Shown in pieces: positions 39,353 through 49,373 of a DNA stretch of 64,000 nt. Each line of letters starts with the position of its first letter. Within the stretch, counting starts at the first letter, position 1. The stretch is taken from positions 95,165-159,164 of the forward strand of contig CBDIIE010000014.1 in NCBI GenBank assembly GCA_965279605.1, in the 5' to 3' direction. This DNA comes from Rhodoglobus sp. GTDB lineage: Bacteria; Actinomycetota; Actinomycetes; Actinomycetales; Microbacteriaceae. Made by a program: the position numbers and the translations under genes. The notes beneath the pieces are model-generated. The model was not told the origin of the DNA. It ran no database searches and saw only the letters and a program-made list of their open reading frames with translations.

Positions 39353-41176
39353 GTGAAACAGTTCGACGTTCCAGCACTAGTTGAGGCCGATCCCGAGGCG
39401 AACACCACTGATCTCCTCATCGACAGGGTTGCAGCAACACCCAACAGCCCCCTGTTCTCGCTTCCCACCGCAGACGGCGGGTGGGAAGACGTCACCAGCA
39501 CCGAGTTCCTCGCTCAGGTGACGGCGCTTGCCAAGGGCCTGGTGGCCGCCGGGGTGGAACCCGGAGACAAGATCGGCCTGATGGCCAAAACGCGATACGA
39601 GTGGACCCTTATCGACTTCGCCACGTGGTTTGCCGGCGCCGTCCTTGTTCCGATCTACGAGACCTCCGCACCCGCGCAGATCCTCTGGAATCTCACCGAC
39701 TCGGGCGCAACGGGCATGATCACCGAGACGCCCGACCACTTCGCTCGTTTTGACGAGATTCGCGCCGACGTGCCGGCGATCCGCAACGTCTGGCAAATCG
39801 ACCTCGGTGACCTCGACAAGCTGGTCGCCTCGGGAGCCGGCGTGAGCGACGAGGAGATCGAACGTCGTCGTTCACTGGCGAAGGGTTCGGACGTTGCGAC
39901 CCTCATCTACACCTCGGGAACAACGGGCAAGCCCAAGGGCTGCATCATCACGCACTCGAACTTCGTCGAGCTCGCGCGCAACGCTCAGAAGCGCATCCCC
40001 GAGGTCGTCAACCCCGACTCGAGCACCCTGCTTTTCATCACGCTCGCGCACATCTTCGCGCGCTACATCTCGATCCTCGCGGTGCACGGTGGCGTCAAGG
40101 TCGGACACCAGGCTGACACGAAGCTGCTCGTGCCGACCATGGGCTCGTTCAAGCCGACCTTTCTCCTCGCCGTTCCGCGCGTGTTCGAGAAGGTGTACAA
40201 CGCCTCCGAGCAGAAGGCAGAAGCCGGTGGCAAGGGCAAGATCTTCCGCAAGGCCGCCGAGGTTGCGATCGCGCATTCAAAGGCGGTCGACGCCGGACAC
40301 GTTCCGTTGGGGCTCAAGCTCCAGTTCGCCGTGTTCGACCGGCTCGTCCTGAGCAAGATCCGCGCCGCGCTAGGCGGGCGGGCGAAGTACGCGGTGTCGG
40401 GCTCGGCACCCCTCGGCCTTCGTCTGGGCCACTTCTACCGGAGCCTGGGCCTGACCATTCTGGAGGGCTACGGGCTCACGGAGACTACGGCTCCCGTGTC
40501 CGTCAACGTGCCGTCGAACTTCAAGATCGGCAAGGTCGGCCCGCCCCTGCCTGGCAACTCGGTGCGGATTGCACCGGACGGCGAAATCCAGGTGAAGGGC
40601 GTCTGCGTCTTTGCGGGCTACTGGAACAACGAGGCCGCCACCAAGGAGACCTTCGAGGACGGATGGTTCAAGACCGGCGACATCGGCGAGTTCGATGAGG
40701 ACGGCTACCTCACCATCACGGGCCGCAAGAAAGAGATCATCGTCACGGCGGGTGGCAAGAACGTGGCTCCCGCGGCACTCGAGGACCCGATTCGTGCGAA
40801 CCCGATCATCGGGCAGGTCATCGTTGTCGGCGACCAGAAGCCGTTCGTCTCCGCGCTCGTCACGCTTGACGAGGAGATGCTCCCAGTCTGGCTCAACAAC
40901 AACGACCTCGATGCATCGATGTCCATCACGGATGCCGCCAAGAACCCCGCCGTGCTCGCCGAGATTCAGCGGGCCGTGGATGCCGCGAACTCGACGGTGT
41001 CGCGGGCCGAGTCGATCCGCAAGTTCCACGTCCTTGACGCGGACCTGACCGAGGCGAGCGGGCACCTCACTCCGAAGCTCAGCATCAAGCGGAACGTCAT
41101 CCTGGCGGACTTTGCGGACGTCATTGAGGAGATGTACGCCGGCGCACCGACCGAGGGAATCTCGATCCCCCGCTAG
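39353..41176 (+). CDS. Long-chain fatty acid--CoA ligase
   Basis: YTSGTTGKPKG, EGYGLTET, WFKTGDIG, GRKKE; GTG after an AAGGAG RBS. Confidence 0.92.
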   Translation: MKQFDVPALVEADPEANTTDLLIDRVAATPNSPLFSLPTADGGWEDVTSTEFLAQVTALAKGLVAAGVEPGDKIGLMAKTRYEWTLIDFATWFAGAVLVPIYETSAPAQILWNLTDSGATGMITETPDHFARFDEIRADVPAIRNVWQIDLGDLDKLVASGAGVSDEEIERRRSLAKGSDVATLIYTSGTTGKPKGCIITHSNFVELARNAQKRIPEVVNPDSSTLLFITLAHIFARYISILAVHGGVKVGHQADTKLLVPTMGSFKPTFLLAVPRVFEKVYNASEQKAEAGGKGKIFRKAAEVAIAHSKAVDAGHVPLGLKLQFAVFDRLVLSKIRAALGGRAKYAVSGSAPLGLRLGHFYRSLGLTILEGYGLTETTAPVSVNVPSNFKIGKVGPPLPGNSVRIAPDGEIQVKGVCVFAGYWNNEAATKETFEDGWFKTGDIGEFDEDGYLTITGRKKEIIVTAGGKNVAPAALEDPIRANPIIGQVIVVGDQKPFVSALVTLDEEMLPVWLNNNDLDASMSITDAAKNPAVLAEIQRAVDAANSTVSRAESIRKFHVLDADLTEASGHLTPKLSIKRNVILADFADVIEEMYAGAPTEGISIPR

Positions 41177-41214
41177 GTACTAACGCCAGCCGATCCGGCA
41201 GGCACTCGGGTACA

Positions 41215-41706
41215 TCAGTACCAGGGCGCCTGCCGGATCGCGCGCATTGCCTCACGTTTTGTCTCCGGCTCCAGTCCCTCGATGTAGAGATGGCCGTCGA
41301 GATGGTCAACTTCGTGCTGTAGCGCCTGGGCCATCAGCCCCTCGCCACTCAGTTCAACCTCGTTGCCGTCGAGGTCAACTCCACGGACTCGCGCAAACGG
41401 GTATCTGCGTCGGGGGAAGTAAAACCCCGGTACCGACAGGCAGCCCTCCTCGACAAGCTCAGGCTCGCCGGAGACCTCCACAAGTTCCGGGTTGATGACA
41501 TAACCGATGTCACCGTCGACGTTGTAGCTGAACGCTCGGAGCCCCACACCAATCTGGTTGGCAGCGAGCCCGGCACGCCCAGGGATCTGGACCGTTTCGA
41601 GCAGGTCCTCGACAAGGGCCACCGCCCGAGGGTCACCGGGGCGAATCGGATCACACGTCGAGCGCAGTACGGGGTCACCAAAGAGTCGGATGACACGTTC
41701 TGCCAT
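41215..41706 (-). CDS. def: Peptide deformylase
   Basis: [13 protein letters not shown] and QHEVDH motifs. Confidence 0.95.
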   Translation of the reverse strand: MAERVIRLFGDPVLRSTCDPIRPGDPRAVALVEDLLETVQIPGRAGLAANQIGVGLRAFSYNVDGDIGYVINPELVEVSGEPELVEEGCLSVPGFYFPRRRYPFARVRGVDLDGNEVELSGEGLMAQALQHEVDHLDGHLYIEGLEPETKREAMRAIRQAPWY

Positions 41707-41709
41707 GGA

Positions 41710-43008
41710 TCAGATCACCCGCTGCTCGGGCAACCCATCAACGACCAGCGCGGCGAGTTCGCGCGCGGCGTCACGAGTGATGGGACGCAGCTCCGAGTAG
41801 CGAATCAACGAGCCGGTCGCGAGGGACGGGTCGTACGGGATGCGCACAATCTCGCGAACGCGGGACTGGAAGTGCGCCTCGATCTCCTCGAGCTTGACCA
41901 GATTTGTTCCCTGGGTGGCGGTGTTAAGCGCGACCACGGCATTGGCCACGAGATCCGAGTACCCGTTGGACTCCAGCCACGTGAGAGTCTCCGACGCGAG
42001 ACGCGCCTCGTCGACGCTCCCGCCCGACACCACAACGATCGAGTCCGCCCGTTGGAGAGTTGCCCGCATGACCGAGTGCACGATCCCCGTGCCACAGTCG
42101 GTGATCGCAACCGAGTAGAACCGCTCAGCGACGTCGGCGACCACGTTGTAGCCGTTCTCGTCGAAGGCCTCGGAGACCAGCGGGTCGGAGTCGGATGCCA
42201 GCACGTCGAGGCGTGTGGTGTCGCGTGAGATCAGGGTCTGGAACTCGCTGAACGCCTGGATCGCTGCCGCACGAGTCACAACGTCGCGCACGGTCGCCCT
42301 CGTCTGCTTCGGAACACGCTCGGCGAGGGTTCCGCGGTCGGGGTTCGCGTCGATCGCGATGACGCGATCCTCACGAACATCCGCCATGGCCATGCCCAGC
42401 AGTGTGCTGATGGTGGTCTTGCCGACACCACCCTTGCGCGTGAGCACGGCAACAAAACGAGTGCCACCCTCGAAGTGTTTGCCAATACGCGCGTCCAGTG
42501 CCTTGCGCTGGCGCACTCGGTACGAGTCACCGATATTCACCAGGTGAAGCGTCGCGTGGTAAAGCAGTTCCTGGAGAAAACCCTCGGGCGCGGGCTTGCG
42601 TCCGCGTTTCTTCTGGTTCACCAATCGCTCGGCCGTAAGCATTGCTGCGGGTTCGGGCGTCGACGACACTTCACCGCGTTGGCGGCCCCGGCGGCTATAG
42701 ACCTGATCAGACTCGGGAAGAGCCGGGATCACGGGGAGCTCTTCGACGGGCTCCTCGGGCACAATCGCGACGTCCTCGGCGATCAGCGTGATCGTGGTCG
42801 TTGCAGGACCCTCGGTGGAGAGGTAATCGGGGTTGATCGCAACGTCGTCAATCGCGACGGCAACCTCATCCTCGGGCGCCTCGTGGGCGACCACCGGCAG
42901 GGATACCGTGAACGTCACGTCCTCGGTCGCACCAACAACGTCGTCCGCAACTGTGGTCGGCGCCGGGTCAACTGCCCCCACCACGTCCTTTTTGCTTCTC
43001 GCAGCCAC
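41710..43008 (-). CDS. MinD/ParA family ATPase with an acidic disordered N-terminus
   Basis: KGGVGKTT deviant Walker A, IDANPDRGTL, DCGTG, IPYDP. Confidence 0.85.
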   Translation of the reverse strand: MAARSKKDVVGAVDPAPTTVADDVVGATEDVTFTVSLPVVAHEAPEDEVAVAIDDVAINPDYLSTEGPATTTITLIAEDVAIVPEEPVEELPVIPALPESDQVYSRRGRQRGEVSSTPEPAAMLTAERLVNQKKRGRKPAPEGFLQELLYHATLHLVNIGDSYRVRQRKALDARIGKHFEGGTRFVAVLTRKGGVGKTTISTLLGMAMADVREDRVIAIDANPDRGTLAERVPKQTRATVRDVVTRAAAIQAFSEFQTLISRDTTRLDVLASDSDPLVSEAFDENGYNVVADVAERFYSVAITDCGTGIVHSVMRATLQRADSIVVVSGGSVDEARLASETLTWLESNGYSDLVANAVVALNTATQGTNLVKLEEIEAHFQSRVREIVRIPYDPSLATGSLIRYSELRPITRDAARELAALVVDGLPEQRVI

Positions 43009-43074
43009 TTACGAATCTCCTTCAGTCCAAACACTCCAGTTTAGCCTGAGCAACGAGGAGTCGGTGCCGAGTCC

Positions 43075-46000
43075 CTACGGTTCGATCTCTACCAAAAGAT
43101 CACCAGCGTCCACCTGCTGGGTGTGGGGAATGGCAAGCCGCTTGACCGTGCCGGCAATCGACGCGGTGATCGCCGCCTCCATCTTCATGGCCTCGATCGA
43201 CGCGACACTCTGGCCAGCCTCGACCACGTCTCCCTCGGACACCTGCAGGGTGACAACACCGGAGAAGGGCGCGGGCACCTGTCCGGGCTTCGTGGGGTCG
43301 GCCTTCTCGGCCGACTTGCTGTCGACCGTGATGCTGAGATCGCGCACGAACACCGGGCGCAACTGCCCGTTGAGCGTCGCCATAACGGTGCGCATTCCCT
43401 TGTCGTCGGCCTCGCCGATCGCCTCGAGGCCCACGTAAAGGCTCACGCCCTTCTCGATCTCGGCGATGTGCTCGAAGCCCTGGCGGAGACCGTACAGGTA
43501 GTCGGTTGTATCGAGAACTGACAGGTCACCGTAGGTCTCGCGGACCTGCTCGAAGATCTTCGTCGGGGCCGGGAACAGAAGACGGTTCAGTGCGGACCGG
43601 CGCTCACCGGGTTCCCCTGCCAGCGCTGCGGCATCCTCGTCGCTGATCGGCTCCACACCGATCTTGACCGTGCGCCCGGCAAGGACCTTCGTGCGGAACG
43701 GCTCCGGCCACCCGCCGGGCAGCTCGCCCAGTTCGCCCGCCATAAAGCCGACGACGGAGTCCGGGATGTCGTACCGCTCGGGGTTTCGCTCAAAGTCGTC
43801 AGGATCGGCGTTCGCCGCCGCCAGCGACAACGCAAGGTCGCCCACGACCTTCGACGAGGGTGTGACCTTCGGCGGGCGACCCAGGATGCGGTTGGCCGCG
43901 GCGTACCAGTCCTCCACCTTCTCGAACTGGTCACCAAGACCCAGCGCGATGGCCTGCTGGCGAAGATTGGACAGCTGCCCGCCCGGAATCTCATGCTTGT
44001 AGACGCGTCCTGTCGGTCCGGGAAGTCCGGACTCGAACGGCTTGTAGACGTGGCGCACGGCCTCCCAGTACGGCTCGAGATCGGACACGGCCTGAAGCGA
44101 CAGGCCAGTGTCGCGCTCGGTGTGTGCAAGGGCCGCAACGAGCGCGGATGCCGACGGCTGGCTGGTTGTGCCCGCCATCGGTGCGCTAGCCACGTCCACT
44201 GCATCCGCTCCCGCCCGGGACGCGGCCAGCAGGGTCGCCAGCTGGCCGCCTGCGGTGTCGTGAGTGTGGACGTGGACCGGGAGGTCGAAGCGCGAACGCA
44301 AGGCGCTCACAAGGTCGAAGGCGGCCTCCGCGCGCAGGAGTCCCGCCATGTCCTTGATGGCAAGAACGTGCGCTCCCGCCTCGACGATCTGCTCCGCGAG
44401 GCGCAGGTAGTAATCGCGGGTGTAGAGGTTCTCCGACGGGTCGAGAAGGTCGCCCGTGTAGCACACGGCCACCTCGGCGAGCGAGGTGCCCGTCGCGAGG
44501 ACCGCATCGATCGCGGGACGCATCTGCGACACGTCGTTGAGGGCGTCAAAAATGCGGAAGATGTCGACACCACTGGCCGCGGCCTCGCGAACAAACGCGT
44601 CGGTCACCTCCGTCGGGTACGGCGTGTAGCCCACGGTGTTCCGACCACGCAGCAACATCTGAACGTTGATGTTGGGCAGCGCCTCGCTCACCGCGGCCAG
44701 TCGCTCCCACGGGTCCTCCCCCAAGAACCGCAGCGCGACGTCGTAGGTCGCACCACCCCACGCCTCAACGGACAACAGCTGCGGCGTCAAGCGCGCCACG
44801 TGAGGCAGGACGGCGACAAGGTCGCGCGTTCGCACGCGAGTGGCGAGAAGTGACTGGTGAGCGTCGCGGAAGGTGGTCTCGGTCACGGCCAACGCGGTCT
44901 GCTCTCGCAACGCAGCGGCAAATGCGACCGGGCCGAGCTCCTTGAGACGCTGACGGGATCCAGCGGGAGCGGGAGCCTCGAGGTCAACGGTCGGCAATTT
45001 GAGCGCGGGGCTGATCAGACCTGCGCCGGAACCATTGGGCTGGTTGACGGTGACCTCGGCGAGCCAGTTGAGCACCTTGGTGCCGCGGTCCTTCGATGAG
45101 CGGCCCTTCACAAGCCACGGGCGCTCCTCGATGAAGGATGTGCTGAGGTCACCCGCAACGAAGTCGGGGTCGTCGAGCACGGCCTGCAGGAAGGGAATGT
45201 TTGTGGTCACGCCACGAAGACGGAACTCTGCCAGACCACGGCGGGCCCGCAGGACCGCGGCACGGAAGTCGCGCCCGCGGCACGTCATCTTTACGAGCAT
45301 CGAGTCGAAGTGGGGCGAGATCTGCGCTCCGGCAGAAACAGTGCCACCGTCGAGACGAATTCCTGCACCACCCGGCGAGCGGTACGTGGTGATCTTGCCG
45401 GTGTCGGGTCGGAAGCCCGAGGCCGGATCCTCTGTGGTGATACGGCACTGAAGTGCGGCGCCACGCAGCTGGAGGTTCTCCTGCTGCAACCCGAGCTCCT
45501 TGAGCGTCTGGCCGTAGGCGATTCGCATTTGCGACTGGACGAGGTCGACGTCGGTCACCTCCTCCGTCACCGTGTGCTCGACCTGAATGCGCGGGTTCAT
45601 CTCGATGAACACGTGCTGCCCCGCGCGCTCCCCCGCGGTGTCGAGAAGGAACTCGACCGTGCCCGCATTGACGTAGCCGATCGACTTCGCGAACGCGATC
45701 GCGTCGCGGTACATCGCCTGGCGAGTGTCCTCGTCGAGGTTGGGGGCCGGCGCGATCTCGATCACCTTCTGGTGACGCCTCTGCACGGAGCAGTCTCGCT
45801 CGAACAGGTGCACGGTCTCCCCCGTGGCATCCGCAAGGATCTGCACCTCGATGTGTCGGGGCCGCACGACGGCCTGCTCCACGAACATCGTGGGGTCACC
45901 GAACGCCGAGTCGGCCTCACGCATGGCCTCCTCGAGGGCCGGGCGGAGCTCCTCGCGGGTGTTGACCCGCCGCATCCCACGACCACCACCACCGGCGACG

Positions 46001-46476
46001 GCCTTCGCGAAGACAGGAAACCCAATCTCGTCGGCACCGGCAAGGAGCGCCTCGATGTCCTTCGACGCGGGGGTCGACTTGAGGACCGGCACACCAGCCG
46101 AGATGGCGTGCTCCTTGGCTGTCACCTTGTTGCCGGCCATTTCAAGAACCTTGGTGGGCGGACCGATGAAGGTAATGCCCGCATCCGCGGCGGCCTGGGC
46201 GAGGTCGGGGTTCTCGGAGAGGAATCCGTAACCGGGGTAGATCGCGTCCGCGCCCGATTCCTTGGCCACCCGGATGATCTCGCTCACGTCGAGGTAGGCC
46301 CGAACCGGGTGCCCCTCCTCGCCGATCTGGTATGCCTCATCCGCCTTGAGCCGGTGCATCGAGTTGCGGTCCTCGTACGGGAAGACCGCGACGGTCTTGG
46401 CTCCCAACTCGAACGCCGCGCGAAAGGCGCGAATCGCAATCTCGCCACGATTGGCAACAAGGATCTTCTTGAACAT
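43075..46476 (-). CDS. pyc: Pyruvate carboxylase
   Basis: Biotin carboxylase (ANRGEIA, GGGGRG), carboxyltransferase (RDAHQS, IKDMAG) and EAMKM biotinyl domain. Confidence 0.97.
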   Translation of the reverse strand: MFKKILVANRGEIAIRAFRAAFELGAKTVAVFPYEDRNSMHRLKADEAYQIGEEGHPVRAYLDVSEIIRVAKESGADAIYPGYGFLSENPDLAQAAADAGITFIGPPTKVLEMAGNKVTAKEHAISAGVPVLKSTPASKDIEALLAGADEIGFPVFAKAVAGGGGRGMRRVNTREELRPALEEAMREADSAFGDPTMFVEQAVVRPRHIEVQILADATGETVHLFERDCSVQRRHQKVIEIAPAPNLDEDTRQAMYRDAIAFAKSIGYVNAGTVEFLLDTAGERAGQHVFIEMNPRIQVEHTVTEEVTDVDLVQSQMRIAYGQTLKELGLQQENLQLRGAALQCRITTEDPASGFRPDTGKITTYRSPGGAGIRLDGGTVSAGAQISPHFDSMLVKMTCRGRDFRAAVLRARRGLAEFRLRGVTTNIPFLQAVLDDPDFVAGDLSTSFIEERPWLVKGRSSKDRGTKVLNWLAEVTVNQPNGSGAGLISPALKLPTVDLEAPAPAGSRQRLKELGPVAFAAALREQTALAVTETTFRDAHQSLLATRVRTRDLVAVLPHVARLTPQLLSVEAWGGATYDVALRFLGEDPWERLAAVSEALPNINVQMLLRGRNTVGYTPYPTEVTDAFVREAAASGVDIFRIFDALNDVSQMRPAIDAVLATGTSLAEVAVCYTGDLLDPSENLYTRDYYLRLAEQIVEAGAHVLAIKDMAGLLRAEAAFDLVSALRSRFDLPVHVHTHDTAGGQLATLLAASRAGADAVDVASAPMAGTTSQPSASALVAALAHTERDTGLSLQAVSDLEPYWEAVRHVYKPFESGLPGPTGRVYKHEIPGGQLSNLRQQAIALGLGDQFEKVEDWYAAANRILGRPPKVTPSSKVVGDLALSLAAANADPDDFERNPERYDIPDSVVGFMAGELGELPGGWPEPFRTKVLAGRTVKIGVEPISDEDAAALAGEPGERRSALNRLLFPAPTKIFEQVRETYGDLSVLDTTDYLYGLRQGFEHIAEIEKGVSLYVGLEAIGEADDKGMRTVMATLNGQLRPVFVRDLSITVDSKSAEKADPTKPGQVPAPFSGVVTLQVSEGDVVEAGQSVASIEAMKMEAAITASIAGTVKRLAIPHTQQVDAGDLLVEIEP

Positions 46477-46598
46477 CCGGTCCCTTCCTTAGAGCCACCA
46501 GCCTAGGGCGTGGGAACGCTGGCAATTGGCCGAGTGGAGCCACAAACGGGGGTCACTTTTTAGGTTCTTTAACAGTAGTGAAGGTATCGTCGTTACTC

Positions 46599-47408
46599 GT
46601 GCATGTACTCAGCGTCAGCTCCCTCAAGGGGGGCGTGGGAAAGACCACGGTGACGCTTGGCCTCGCCTCCGCCGCTTTCGCTCGTGGCCTCCGGACCCTT
46701 GTGGTCGACCTCGATCCGCAGTCAGACGTGTCGACCGGAATGGACATTGACGTCTCCGGTCACCTGAACGTTGCGGATGTTCTGGCCTCCCCGAAGGAGA
46801 AGATCGTTCGCGCCGCGATCGCCCCGAGCGGCTGGACCAAGGGACGCCCGGGCAAGGTCGACGTGATGATCGGCTCGCCATCCGCGATCAACTTCGATGG
46901 CCCACACCCCTCGATCCGCGACATCTGGAAGCTCGAAGAGGCACTCGCCAACGTCGAGGCGGACTACGACCTTGTCCTCATTGACTGCGCGCCGTCGCTC
47001 AACGCGCTCACACGTACCGCTTGGGCGGCAAGCGACCGCGTGACCATTGTCACCGAGCCGGGCCTGTTCTCCGTGGCGGCCGCTGACCGCGCGCTTCGGG
47101 CTATCGAGGAAATCCGCCGTGGACTCTCCCCTCGCCTCCAGCCCCTCGGCATCATCGTGAACCGGCTGCGGTCGCAGTCGTTGGAGCACCAGTTCCGCAT
47201 CAAGGAGCTGCGTGACATGTTTGGTCCCTTGGTGCTCAGTCCCCAGCTTCCGGAACGCACGTCACTCCAGCAGGCACAGGGCGCGGCCAAGCCGCTGCAT
47301 GTATGGCCTGGCGAAAGCGCCCAGGAAATGTCGCGGAACTTCGACCAGCTTCTGGAGCGTGTGATGCGCACAGCGCGCATCGGCGACTTCGCCGGGGAGT
47401 CTGCGTAG
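46599..47408 (+). CDS. ParA/Soj family ATPase
   Basis: SLKGGVGKTT, DLDPQ, IDCAPS; GTG start inferred. Confidence 0.88.
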   Translation: MHVLSVSSLKGGVGKTTVTLGLASAAFARGLRTLVVDLDPQSDVSTGMDIDVSGHLNVADVLASPKEKIVRAAIAPSGWTKGRPGKVDVMIGSPSAINFDGPHPSIRDIWKLEEALANVEADYDLVLIDCAPSLNALTRTAWAASDRVTIVTEPGLFSVAAADRALRAIEEIRRGLSPRLQPLGIIVNRLRSQSLEHQFRIKELRDMFGPLVLSPQLPERTSLQQAQGAAKPLHVWPGESAQEMSRNFDQLLERVMRTARIGDFAGESA

Positions 47409-47422
47409 GGTCGTCAGGGCTC

Positions 47423-47490
47423 GGTTTCGATACGCCGCTTCGCGGCTACTCAACCAACGGGTACGCCGCTTCGCGGCTACTCAACCAGCG
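47423..47490. repeat. Two tandem 26-bp palindromic REP-like units between convergent genes
   Basis: TACGCCGCTTCGCGGCTACTCAACCA at 47431-47456 and 47462-47487 (31-bp period); internal GCCGC-TTC-GCGGC stem. Confidence 0.75.
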
Positions 47491-47496
47491 GTGTGG

Positions 47497-48045
47497 CTAG
47501 GAGGCGCGCGCAGCCCGGCGCTTGGCGAGCTCGTCCATGGGATTCTCTGCCGCCACGGCGTCCAACTCCACCAGGTCGTGCTCAACCTCGCGCAATACCT
47601 TGCCCACCGCGATGCCAAACACTCCTTGGCCACGGCTGACGAGGTCAATGACCTCGTCGTTCGACGTGCACAGATACACACTCGCCCCGTCGCTCATCAG
47701 GGTGGTCTGCGCAAGATCGTTGATTCCCGACTCCCGGAGCTGGTTGACGGCGACACGAATCTGCTGAAGCGAGATACCGGTGTCGAGAAGTCGCTTGACG
47801 AGCTTGAGCACGAGGATGTCGCGGAAACCGTAGAGCCGCTGAGATCCGGAGCCTGCTGCTCCCCGAACTGTCGGCTCAACAAGCTGGGTACGCGCCCAGT
47901 AGTCGAGCTGGCGATAGCTGATACCGGCGGCGTTCGCAGCGACCGCGCCGCGGTAACCCGTGGAGTCGTCCAGCTCCGGCATACCGTCAGTAAAGAGCAG
48001 ACCGAGGTCGTAACGAGTCTCCTCATTACGGCTGAGTTCAGTCAT
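47497..48045 (-). CDS. MerR family regulator, Rv1830/McdR-like
   Basis: YRG...AGISYRQLDYWART.LVEP...GSGSQRLY, GQGVFGIAVG. Confidence 0.9.
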   Translation of the reverse strand: MTELSRNEETRYDLGLLFTDGMPELDDSTGYRGAVAANAAGISYRQLDYWARTQLVEPTVRGAAGSGSQRLYGFRDILVLKLVKRLLDTGISLQQIRVAVNQLRESGINDLAQTTLMSDGASVYLCTSNDEVIDLVSRGQGVFGIAVGKVLREVEHDLVELDAVAAENPMDELAKRRAARAS

Positions 48046-48067
48046 GACCGGGCCCCTTCTGACAAGC

Positions 48068-48159
48068 CAAACCTTCATGTTGAAGTTGACACTTAACCTT
48101 CGTGCAACCCCACGGTAGTCATCGACGGCTACCGAACGCCGACACCGGCCGGGCGTGTC
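48068..48159 (-). promoter_or_regulatory. Promoter of the McdR-like gene: GACAC box, TACCGT -10 and 22-bp dyad
   Basis: GTGTC 48155-48159, ACGGTA 48112-48117, CAAACCTT-CATGTT-GAAGTTGA 48068-48089. Confidence 0.5.
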
Positions 48160-48176
48160 GGATTCATTCGACCGTA

Positions 48177-48875
48177 CTACGAATCGAGTCGAGTCAGGGC
48201 AGATCTGATGAGACTGCTCCGAACAATCTCTAGTTGACCCGCAATCTCGCGAGCCATCTCCGCCGCGCGAGCCCGGCTCGACGCATCCTTGCGCCGTGCA
48301 ACCGGCATCAGGGCGTTCTCGATGAGACCAAGTTCACGTTCAGCTGCCGCCCGAAAACCCCGAAGATGCCGGGGCTCGATGCCCGATCGCTGCAACTCAA
48401 CAAGGGACTTCAGCACCGCGAGGGCATCCTCGCCGTACACCTCAGACGCAACAATAAGGGACGCGGAAATCGCATCCCCGAGGAGCATGGCGTTGGCGCC
48501 CGCCTCCCGAATCAGCTCGTCCCGGGTGAACCGCCGCTCGGACGAGAGCATCGACGGCGAGGCGACCGTGCCCCCGGGGAGCTCGGGCGTGCGCCCTGCG
48601 TCCATCTCCGCGAGGTATCCACGAATCACCTTGAGCGGCAAGTAGTGATCGCGCTGCATCGTGAGAACAAAACGCAGGCGATCCATGTCGGCCGGCGAGA
48701 ACTTGCGGTAACCCGACTCCGTGCGCGCGGGAGAAACGAGCTGGCGTTCCTCAAGAAAACGAAGCTTTGACGGGCTCAGATCGGGAAACTCGGGGTTCAG
48801 CTTGGCGAGCACCTGCCCGATGCTGAGAAGGGTCGATCCCCCAGGCACTCGTGCCTGGGCAGCGCTGCGAGCCAC
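48177..48875 (-). CDS. ftsR: MerR family regulator, Rv1828/FtsR-like
   Basis: LSIGQVLAKLNPEFPDLSPSKLRFLE...RTESGYRKF...YLPLKVI; directly downstream of the garA-like gene. Confidence 0.85.
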   Translation of the reverse strand: MARSAAQARVPGGSTLLSIGQVLAKLNPEFPDLSPSKLRFLEERQLVSPARTESGYRKFSPADMDRLRFVLTMQRDHYLPLKVIRGYLAEMDAGRTPELPGGTVASPSMLSSERRFTRDELIREAGANAMLLGDAISASLIVASEVYGEDALAVLKSLVELQRSGIEPRHLRGFRAAAERELGLIENALMPVARRKDASSRARAAEMAREIAGQLEIVRSSLIRSALTRLDS

Positions 48876-49351
48876 TACCGGCCAGCCAGATGCGCGAGGT
48901 CAACCCGCGACGCATAGAAGGTGAGTCTGAACTTTCCTACCTGAACTTCGGCACCGTCACTGAGGAGCGCGGTATCGATCCGGACACCATCAAAATACGT
49001 GCCGTTCAACGAGCCGAGGTCCTTGACCTGAAAGGCGGTGCCGTGACGGAGGAACTCCGCATGACGACGCGAGACCGTTACGTCGTCGAGAAAGATGTCC
49101 GCCTCAGGGTGGCGACCGACCGTTGTCACGTCGGCATCGAGCAGGAATCGCGCCCCCACGTTGGGGCCACGCCGCACCACAAGCAGTGCAGAACCAGACG
49201 GGAGAGCGGCGATCGCATCGACTTCCTCTGTCGAGACATCGCCGTCGAGCGCGGCAAGCTGAGCCGCAAACTCGTCGCCGTAGTGTGCAGTCGTGTCATC
49301 GCTCGGGGGCACGTTTCCGGCGGCGGGATCCTGTCCTTCGAGATCAACCAT
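48875..49351 (-). CDS. garA: FHA domain protein, GarA/OdhI-like
   Basis: GRHPEADIFLDDVTVSRRHA, DLGSLNGTY, GKFRL; N-terminal DTT phospho-site-like motif. Confidence 0.88.
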   Translation of the reverse strand: MVDLEGQDPAAGNVPPSDDTTAHYGDEFAAQLAALDGDVSTEEVDAIAALPSGSALLVVRRGPNVGARFLLDADVTTVGRHPEADIFLDDVTVSRRHAEFLRHGTAFQVKDLGSLNGTYFDGVRIDTALLSDGAEVQVGKFRLTFYASRVDLAHLAGR

Positions 49352-49373
49352 CGCGCTAGCCCTCCTTCAAGCT

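Noticed and set aside
47431-47487. Direct repeats as a mini-CRISPR
   Set aside because: Only two units with a 5-nt spacer and no cas genes; fits REP-like elements
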